DNA from: Candidatus Eiseniibacteriota bacterium
GTDB lineage: Bacteria; Eisenbacteria; RBG-16-71-46
Assembly (NCBI GenBank): GCA_031366795.1
Contig: JANLOX010000239.1
Coordinates: 1 to 13,600, forward strand
DNA length: 13,600 nucleotides
Reading direction: 5' to 3'
Shown in pieces: positions 7,482-13,600 of this stretch. Both the position numbers and the translations under genes were made by a program. The notes below the pieces were generated by a model that did no database searches, was not told where the DNA came from, and saw only the letters and a program-made list of their open reading frames with translations. The stretch's first letter is position 1, and each line of letters opens with the position of its first letter.

Positions 7482-9869
7482 CTATTCCGCCGCGGCGAAG
7501 TCCTGACCGAACAGGGTCTCATCGTAGACCTGACTCTCTTGATAGCGGTGCTGAGCACCGGTCAGGCGATCGCCAAACTCGGTGAATCGATCGCTTGCGG
7601 CCGCGTTCGAGTCGGCGCTGGCCCACAGATCGAGCACGATGTCCTCGAACTCGCGATCGTCATCGAGATTCCCGAGAATCTCGCCCACCTCTCCGACCAC
7701 CAGCTCGAACATGTTGATCTTGCTGTCGAGCACTTCAAGAATATGATCCTCGATGGTCCCGGGCGCCGCAAAATTGAAGATTCGCACGGGCTCGGTTTGG
7801 CCGATGCGATGCACGCGGCCGACGCGCTGCTCGATCCTCATGGGGTTCCATGGCAAGTCGTAATTCACGATCGAGTGGCAGAATTGCAGGTTGCGCCCCT
7901 CGCTGCCGACGTCAGTCGAGAGCAGAATACGCCGGTCGCGAGCGAACGCGGCGATCTCGGCATCCTTCTCCGCAGCGGTAAGCGAGCCGTTGAAGCATCC
8001 GGCATCGAGCCCGGCACGCTCCAGTTCGCGCACCAGCAGCGCCTGCGTTTCGAGGTACTTCGTGAACACGAGCACCTTCTCGTTTCGCCCCAGCTTGTGG
8101 TTCACGAGGTCCACCAGCGCCTGCGCCTTGCTCGAAGTCTCGACCTGCCTCGAAAGCTCGAGCAGGGAGTCGAGCTCCGCACGGTGATCGCCGTCGAGAC
8201 TACGGCTCCGCAGCCCTTGGAGGGTCGCCCGCACCGCCTCGACGCTGCTGCCCGCCTCGGCCTGGAGCGTATGGGACATGGCGCGGCCACCAAGCGAAGT
8301 TTTCTCGCGGCCGTAGCCTGCCCGAACCACGGATGTCACCGCCTCGTAGAGCGCGCGCTCGGGCGGATTGAGTGCGATGCGCAACGTCGCCGCGTGTCGC
8401 GGGGGAAGCGCCAGGCTCACCTGGCTTCGCGTATTGCGAACCATCACGTCCATCAGCAACTCGCGCAGCTTGGTCCGGTTGCGCGGCCGTCGCGGATCGG
8501 TGCGTTCCACGAACTCGCGCCGAAACTCCGCCGGAGTGCGGAGTTGGCCGGGCCGCAGCAGGGTGATGAGGTTGTATAGCTCATCGAGGTCATTCTGCGC
8601 CGGGGTGGCGGTGAGGAGCAGGAGGTACTTGCTCTTCAGCTGATTCACGAATTTCCAATTCAGGCTCGCCCTGTTCCGCAAGTGATGGGCCTCATCGACG
8701 ATGATGAGGTCGTAAGCCACGCGCCGGATCATATCGCTGTGCTTGGCCGCTTTGGCGGTGTGGATTGAGGCGATCACGCGATCGCACTGCTCCCACGCTG
8801 ATGGGCCGTGGCGGCGGAACTCGGCGTCATCGAGGGTCGTGAACTCGATCTGGAACTTGTCGCGCATCTCTTCGTGCCACTGCCCAACGAGTGAGGGAGG
8901 AGTCAGAATCAGAACCTTGCGCGCCAGCCCTCGCAGCGCGTACTCCTTGAGTATCAGCCCCGCCTCGACGGTCTTGCCGAGCCCCACCTCGTCGCACAAC
9001 AGCGCTCGCCCCCGCATCGTACGCATCACCTGCCGCGCCGTATTGATCTGGAAGGCGTGCTGCGCGACGCCCCGGAGCAGAGGTGGACACAACAACACCT
9101 CGAAGCCACCGAGGAGCGACAAACGCATCGCGGCCTGATTCAGGCCGTAATCCGCCGGCGGGTCGTAGCGCCGCTGCGAAGCGCGTTCAAGCATGCCGCG
9201 GTCCTCTGGCTCGAACTCGAGTTCTGAAGGCGGCGGCAGGTAGCGATTCACGAGCTCGGGGTCAGGTTCCACCGCATCGGGCATGGGTGGGCCGACCTGC
9301 CCGGCCGCAGTGTCGAAGTTTCGAGCAGTCGATTTCTCGGAGCCCGCGCCGGACCGCGAGCCTTCGCCGTCGGGACCTGTCTCGAGTTGCTGAACCCAGG
9401 CACGCGCTTGCTTGAGTGTGCGCAGATCGCCCGGGGCAAGTGGCCGGCCCGCATCCTCAACCAGGTTTGCCAGCGTCGTCAGACGTTCCGGTCGAGCGCT
9501 TGCACCGCGGGATTGTTTGATCGCCTGCGCCAGCCGTGCCCGAATTCCTCGCCAGACTTCGGCCCGTTGCCGATAGGGGCGAACCTCGTCCTCATACAAG
9601 CGACGAAGTTCTCGGCGAACGGTCTTGGCCTCGGCGAGCTGTCGCCCGCCCGCATAGTCGAGCCCGAGACTGGATGCAGCTGAAGTCTCGCGGATGAATG
9701 CTTCGCATGCTGCCAATTCGCGCTCGAGTGATTCGTGCGCGGGCACGCCATTCCACCGTTCAAATTGGTCCTGGGCTTGTGCGAGGAGTCGCTCCGCCAG
9801 CGAGCGCAGGGCGCGCGCAGGGGCAAGCGGATCGGCGCCGGCAGGGGGCTCGGTGTGCCGAGACTTCAT
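7482..9869 (-). CDS. SNF2/RapA-family helicase-like ATPase (YqhH-like) with N-terminal extension
   Basis: Motif I LCDEVGLGKT, Ia LTPPSLVGQW, II DEAH, III LTATPAQN, V STDVGSEGRNLQ, VI YDLPWNPMRIEQRVGRVHRIGQ. Exact start codon uncertain. Confidence 0.93.
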   Translation of the reverse strand: MKSRHTEPPAGADPLAPARALRSLAERLLAQAQDQFERWNGVPAHESLERELAACEAFIRETSAASSLGLDYAGGRQLAEAKTVRRELRRLYEDEVRPYRQRAEVWRGIRARLAQAIKQSRGASARPERLTTLANLVEDAGRPLAPGDLRTLKQARAWVQQLETGPDGEGSRSGAGSEKSTARNFDTAAGQVGPPMPDAVEPDPELVNRYLPPPSELEFEPEDRGMLERASQRRYDPPADYGLNQAAMRLSLLGGFEVLLCPPLLRGVAQHAFQINTARQVMRTMRGRALLCDEVGLGKTVEAGLILKEYALRGLARKVLILTPPSLVGQWHEEMRDKFQIEFTTLDDAEFRRHGPSAWEQCDRVIASIHTAKAAKHSDMIRRVAYDLIIVDEAHHLRNRASLNWKFVNQLKSKYLLLLTATPAQNDLDELYNLITLLRPGQLRTPAEFRREFVERTDPRRPRNRTKLRELLMDVMVRNTRSQVSLALPPRHAATLRIALNPPERALYEAVTSVVRAGYGREKTSLGGRAMSHTLQAEAGSSVEAVRATLQGLRSRSLDGDHRAELDSLLELSRQVETSSKAQALVDLVNHKLGRNEKVLVFTKYLETQALLVRELERAGLDAGCFNGSLTAAEKDAEIAAFARDRRILLSTDVGSEGRNLQFCHSIVNYDLPWNPMRIEQRVGRVHRIGQTEPVRIFNFAAPGTIEDHILEVLDSKINMFELVVGEVGEILGNLDDDREFEDIVLDLWASADSNAAASDRFTEFGDRLTGAQHRYQESQVYDETLFGQDFAAAE

Positions 9870-10063
9870 GGTAGGAACATCCCTGGGGCTTGTCGAAGGG
9901 GGCGTTCAGGTTGCCTGATGCACACCCGCGGGACGGATGCTGGGGCCAATCTCGCCCAATCTCACCGTGAATGCAACGGGATTCGTGGGCGGCGCCAGGC
10001 TGGCGACCAGATCGGTAAAATTGAGCTGCACCACTCCATTCCCGCGCGGTCTCCCGCCTCGGA

Positions 10064-11302
10064 TCAATTCGCCGCGCTCGCCTCTGCCCACGTCACCGAG
10101 CGCCTGTACGCGTCGTTCATCACCGCGAGCGGTAGGTGCGCGCGCGCGATTTCCTCGGCGCCCCAGTCGCCGCGCTCATAGGCGCGCACGGCGTGATAGA
10201 CTTCGCCGATCGGATGGTCGTCGCCCGTGAGCGCGGACCGCACCGCCGCCGGCACGGCGAGGCCGGCCAAGATCTCGCGCAATGGCCTGCCGACCATCGC
10301 ATCGACGACCGAAAGCATGCCGGTGAGGAAGAGGTTGCTGCCTTGATCGGGCAGCCCTGCGGGCCGGGCGAGTTCTTCGGCGAAGCGTGCGCGCGACAAG
10401 CCTGTGATGACCAACTCGCGCGGCCGGTCGGCGCCGAGTGCGACGAAGCCCATCATCGTCGCCCACTGGCGCAGCGGATCGAGTCCGAGCAGCGCCAAAG
10501 CGTGGCGGAGCGAGGGGATCTCGTGACGCCATCCGAACGCCGCCGAATTGAGATAGCGCAGCAAGCGTGTCGTGAGCGTGACGTCCTGGCGGAACAACCC
10601 TTCAAGCCGTTCGAAGGTGGTGTCGGGGCGCATCACTTCGGCGAGGAAGCGGAGTTGCGCGAGTTTGGATGGCGCCAAGTCGCGCGTCTCGATCATCTCG
10701 GGGCGGCAATAGTAGTAGCCCTGGAAATAGTCGTAGCCGGCGGCGAGGGCGTTGCGGTGCTCCTCGAGTGTCTCGACCTTCTCCGCCAGCAGCCGCGCGC
10801 CTGAGCTTCGTAGCGCCGATAAGGCGTTGCGATCGCATGCGAGCTTGGACTGCATGAAGTCCACCTTCACGAGATCGGCGACCGCCAGCAGCGGCGCCAT
10901 GCCAGGCGCGAACGTGTAATCGTCGAGCGCGAGCAGGTAGCCCGCCGTCTTAAGCCGGCGGCAGGCTTCGATCACCTCGGCGTCTGGCACGACGGACTCG
11001 AGCAGCTCGATCACCGTACGGCTCGGCGGCAGGATCTTGTAGTAGTCGTGCACGAGCGCGTCGCGTGTGAGGTTCACCCAGGCCATGCGCTCGCCGACGA
11101 GCATGTCGAGCCCGAAGGCGTTCGCGCTCTGCTCGAGCGTGACCGCAGCCGCGAGGTCGACGTCGGTCGCGCTGAAGCGGTTCTCGCGATTGCTTCGGAA
11201 CAGCAGCTCGTACCCATACACCTCCGCCCGCCGGTCGAAGATCGGCTGGCGGGCGATGAAGATCTCGGGCGCGTCGGGCTGGGGAATGGGCTCGGAGGAC
11301 AT
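10064..11302 (-). CDS. EAL-HDOD domain protein (YuxH/PdeH-like c-di-GMP phosphodiesterase family)
   Basis: FIARQPI, YELLFR, IELLE, LALDDY, VKVDF, LAEKVET and FQGYYYCRP, followed by HDOD (LLRYLNSAAF, FLTGMLS). Start is ATG 11302 or GTG 11350. Confidence 0.92.
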   Translation of the reverse strand: MSSEPIPQPDAPEIFIARQPIFDRRAEVYGYELLFRSNRENRFSATDVDLAAAVTLEQSANAFGLDMLVGERMAWVNLTRDALVHDYYKILPPSRTVIELLESVVPDAEVIEACRRLKTAGYLLALDDYTFAPGMAPLLAVADLVKVDFMQSKLACDRNALSALRSSGARLLAEKVETLEEHRNALAAGYDYFQGYYYCRPEMIETRDLAPSKLAQLRFLAEVMRPDTTFERLEGLFRQDVTLTTRLLRYLNSAAFGWRHEIPSLRHALALLGLDPLRQWATMMGFVALGADRPRELVITGLSRARFAEELARPAGLPDQGSNLFLTGMLSVVDAMVGRPLREILAGLAVPAAVRSALTGDDHPIGEVYHAVRAYERGDWGAEEIARAHLPLAVMNDAYRRSVTWAEASAAN

Positions 11303-11409
11303 TAGGGGAAAGGTTTCGGCAGGAACGCGGGGGGGCTTGAATTTCGACACCGCGGTGGGCGCAAACTCTGGAATCCAGGTACGATTGGGAGGCTTTCGGA
11401 GTCATGAGG

Positions 11410-11430
11410 CCGTAGCAGAACCGTAGCAGA
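11410..11430 (+). repeat. Tandem direct repeat CCGTAGCAGA x2
   Basis: Exact 10-mers at 11410-11419 and 11421-11430 in the divergent intergenic region. Confidence 0.7.
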
Positions 11431-11523
11431 CTGGCCGAGCCATGTTAGTCGCCGCGGGCAAGGGTTATTCCGATGCTCAGCGGTGCGAAAGCGGCATAAT
11501 CAGTCCGTAGTAGCTCAGCACGA

Positions 11524-11574
11524 CTTGCCAACCCCCGATACACTTCCGTTCAGCGGCGGGCCGTTAGGCCGCGA
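11524..11574 (+). mobile_element. Possible integron-type recombination site (attI/attC R' core GTTAGGC)
   Basis: GTTAGGC (11563-11569) fits GTTRRRY and is preceded by GTTCAGC (11548-11554). TAGGCCGCGA (11565-11574) is the exact reverse complement of 12552-12561, just after the next gene. Confidence 0.4.
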
Positions 11575-11600
11575 ACGACCACTCGGTTGATGGAGCATCT

Positions 11601-12530
11601 ATGACAAGCCTGAAGCTTCTCGATGCGATCGGCAACACGCCCTTGGTGGAACTCCGCCGCTTAGTACCCTCAGGGTCCGCTCGCGTAGTAGCGAAACTGG
11701 AGTCGGCGAATCCCACGGGGAGTATGAAGGATCGCATGGCCCAGGCGGTCGTTGAGCATGCGGCCGCCGACGGGCGGCTCTCACCTGGAGGTACGGTCGT
11801 GGAATACACGGCCGGCACCACCGGCATCTCACTCGCTCTTGTGTGCGCCGCGCTTGGCTACCAGGCCCACTTCGTCTTCTCCGACGCCTTCAGCGACGAG
11901 AAGCGCTATACCATGCGCGCCTACGGGGCGAAGCTCACCGACGTGCCGAGCGACAACAAGAAGATCACCGAGCAGCTGATCAAGACCATGATCAGCACCG
12001 CGGGCGACATCAGTCGTCAGCCAGGGCACTGGTATTGCGACCAGCTGAACAATCGGGATGGGGAGGCCGGCTACCGCCCCCTCGGCGAGGAGCTGTGGCA
12101 GCAGGCCGGCCAACGGGTCGACGCTTTCGTACACGCGGTAAGCACTGCGCACTCGATCCACGGCACGGCCCACGCGCTGCGGCAGCGCAACCCCCAGGTC
12201 CGCGTCTTCGCCGTAGAGCCTGCGGAGTCGGCGGTGCTGTCAGGCAAGCCTTCAGGGTCGCATAAGATCGAGGGGATCGGCATCGGCTTCATTCCGCCCC
12301 TGTGGAAGCCCGACGAAGTTGATGAGATTCTGACTGTGACCACGGAAGAGGCCAAGGCGATGGCCCGGCGCCTGGCGCGGGAGGAAGCCATCTTCGCCGG
12401 ATCCTCGACGGGGGCGAACGTGGTGGCGGCGCTGCGTGTGGCGGCACGCCTCGGTCCTAACGCTACAGTCGCCACGATCATCGTGGACTCGGGGCTGCGC
12501 TACCTCAGCACCGAAGTCTTCCGAAGCTGA
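11601..12530 (+). CDS. PLP-dependent cysteine synthase family protein (fold type II), atypical active-site loops
   Basis: IGNTPLV, KLESANPTGSMKDR (PLP Lys43), HKIEGIGIGFIP, EAIFAGSSTGAN and DSGLRYLST. RBS GGAG. Confidence 0.92.
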   Translation: MTSLKLLDAIGNTPLVELRRLVPSGSARVVAKLESANPTGSMKDRMAQAVVEHAAADGRLSPGGTVVEYTAGTTGISLALVCAALGYQAHFVFSDAFSDEKRYTMRAYGAKLTDVPSDNKKITEQLIKTMISTAGDISRQPGHWYCDQLNNRDGEAGYRPLGEELWQQAGQRVDAFVHAVSTAHSIHGTAHALRQRNPQVRVFAVEPAESAVLSGKPSGSHKIEGIGIGFIPPLWKPDEVDEILTVTTEEAKAMARRLAREEAIFAGSSTGANVVAALRVAARLGPNATVATIIVDSGLRYLSTEVFRS

Positions 12531-12792
12531 CCCCTTGCGGCACCCCATGGCTCGCGGCCTATTCCGGCCCCGGCCGCGGGCGCAGCCTCTACTCCATGCC
12601 GCCGCTGGCCGAGCACGTAATGGCGGGGGAGACCGTGCTGTCTGGCTGCACAGCATCAGTGGGGAAAGGGGGGCGGAAGTGTCCCTGCCGAAGTACCGAG
12701 TGCGATGGACGGGCGTGCTCGTTCCAGAGCGACTGCTTCAAGGCAAGAAGTCCAAGCGCCCGGAGGGGCTGCGCGCGATCGAGTGACGGCCA

Positions 12793-12821
12793 ATCTGTAG
12801 CCGGATCTGTAGCCAGTAGCC
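12793..12821 (+). repeat. Tandem ATCTGTAGCC x2 plus partial GTAGCC (candidate integrase arm-type sites)
   Basis: Exact copies at 12793-12802 and 12805-12814, partial copy at 12816-12821. TCTGTAGCCGG recurs at 13054-13064. Confidence 0.6.
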
Positions 12822-12868
12822 CCTTATCCGCTTGCCAAAAGCCCGTAAGTTCGTGTAAACACGGCGGC

Positions 12869-12960
12869 GGAGAGGTGGCAGAGCGGTTGAATGCGGCGGT
12901 CTCGAAAACCGTTAAACCCTGCAAGGGGTTTCGAGGGTTCGAATCCCTCCCTCTCCGCCA
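12869..12960 (+). tRNA. tRNA-Ser(CGA)
   Basis: Acceptor stem GGAGAGG/CCTCTCC, discriminator G and encoded CCA. Anticodon arm GCGGT-CTCGAAA-ACCGT with CGA at 12903-12905. Long variable arm AAACCCT-GCAA-GGGGTTT and T-arm GAGGG-TTCGAAT-CCCTC. Confidence 0.98.
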
Positions 12961-13000
12961 GTTTGGCGCGCAAGCCCAATGGACAGCGCCTGTAGCACTT

Positions 13001-13037
13001 GACCTGCCCGCGGTTCCTCGCGAGCGGGTCTTTGCTT
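13001..13037 (+). terminator. Rho-independent terminator downstream of tRNA-Ser
   Basis: GACCTGC-C-CGCG / CGCG-A-GCGGGTC stem with GTTCCT loop, followed by TTTGCTT. Confidence 0.6.
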
Positions 13038-13097
13038 GAGTGATCACGGAGGGTCTGTAGCCGGCGACCGAGAACCGCGTCTTTCTTACGGTCGGGC

Positions 13098-13565
13098 GTG
13101 ACGCATGGCCAACACCAGCGTGCCTACCGCGCCCGGCTCAAGCTCGTCTCCCCACGCGTGATGGATCAGGGTTCCCCGCCCCCGGGATCGTCGTGCACGG
13201 TGCCGCCGCTCGCTGAGCCGGTGCCGCCGATCTGCGGCGCATCGCATGCCGGCGGCAGGAAGGAGCTCCATGCACCCTGCGATGAGGGTGGCGATCGCGG
13301 CCACGTTCGAGGAGACGCGACTGCTGGTGACCCGCGGAACACGCGAGGTTCTGCGGGCGCGGCTCGCACCGGCGGTGCTCGCCCATCGATGGGCCGTGCC
13401 GCTGCTGTTGGAGGGGCTGGCACTGGGATACCAGCAGCCGGTCCATGTTGTGCTGTATGCAGAGTCCCCAGCGCTTTCATTCGGCTTGCAGCTCACCGAC
13501 GACCTCGGGCCAGGACAGCGCACGCTGTGCTACGACGTCGAGCTGATCGAGACCGCCGATGGTGA
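13098..13565 (+). pseudogene. Probably 5'-truncated IS21-associated accessory ORF
   Basis: HGQHQRAYRARL...VMDQGS and CAVCRVPSAFIR resemble motifs I recall from small ORFs preceding istA in some IS21-family elements. The expected Cys-rich N-terminus is absent (in-frame stop at 13041-13043). Recognition from memory only. Confidence 0.4.
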
Positions 13566-13600
13566 AGCAGACTGGGGAGGCTTCGATGAGTTGCGTCGAT
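13270..13600 (+). CDS. Hypothetical protein, probably IS21-associated; runs off the window and is absent from the supplied ORF track
   Basis: RBS AGGAAGGAG at 13257-13265, ATG at 13270, open to the window end: MHPAMRVAIAATFEETRLLVTRGTREVLRARLAPAVLAHRWAVPLLLEGLALGYQQPVHVVLYAESPALSFGLQLTDDLGPGQRTLCYDVELIETADGEADWGGFDELRR. GC-rich third codon positions. Confidence 0.7.
   Translation, partial: MHPAMRVAIAATFEETRLLVTRGTREVLRARLAPAVLAHRWAVPLLLEGLALGYQQPVHVVLYAESPALSFGLQLTDDLGPGQRTLCYDVELIETADGEADWGGFDELRR

Noticed and set aside
7539..8579. 346-aa plus-strand ORF, and similar long antisense ORFs over the ADH, YqhG-like and EAL genes
   Set aside because: Fully antisense to well-supported genes, expected in GC-rich DNA, and without recognisable motifs.
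9906..10091. 61-aa minus-strand ORF between the EAL-HDOD and SNF2 genes
   Set aside because: Overlaps the end of the EAL gene, with no clear RBS and no recognisable features.
11350..11426. Possible C-terminal remnant of an integron integrase before the attI-like site
   Set aside because: None of the three plus frames gives the IntI-type terminal GVRSPxD or catalytic TxIYTH pattern.
11504..11518. TCCGTAGTAGCTCAG resembling the 5' end of a tRNA-Asn
   Set aside because: Only 15 nt; no D-loop GG, anticodon arm or T-arm follows.
12547..12786. Short ORFs after the PLP-enzyme gene as a possible integrase tail (SLYSMPPLAEH...; ...KKSKRPEGLRAIE)
   Set aside because: No LGH or R-H-R catalytic context; resemblance too weak to call. 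ORF 12596-13039 also runs through the tRNA and is spurious.
12832..12861. Sigma-70 promoter for the tRNA (TTGCCA-18-TAAACA)
   Set aside because: The -35 is good, but the -10 lacks the conserved final T; not supportable without TSS data.

Overview
GC-rich window, apparently from a diderm bacterium (outer-membrane beta-barrel, lipoproteins); the taxon cannot be fixed from sequence alone. From 1 to 4146 (+) lies a tightly packed envelope/general-stress cluster: a partial beta-barrel, a glycine-zipper lipoprotein, lmo0937-like and DUF3185-like small membrane proteins, a PA2779-like protein with an LPSGG-TM-basic tail, a stand-alone C39-like Cys peptidase, a TPR lipoprotein and a Zn-dependent alcohol dehydrogenase. 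From 4237 to 11350 (-) come a small Zn-ribbon orphan, a PepSY protein, a YciF/DUF892 ferritin-like protein with a good sigma-54 promoter, a YqhG-like/YqhH-like SNF2 ATPase pair and an EAL-HDOD protein. These are followed by an atypical cysteine-synthase-family gene with integron-cassette-like boundaries, tRNA-Ser(CGA) flanked by TCTGTAGCC repeats, and the start of a probable IS21-type element with two overlapping reading frames. The best candidate for an undescribed system is the PA2779-like substrate + C39 peptidase + TPR lipoprotein module. All family names come from motif recognition, not database searches.
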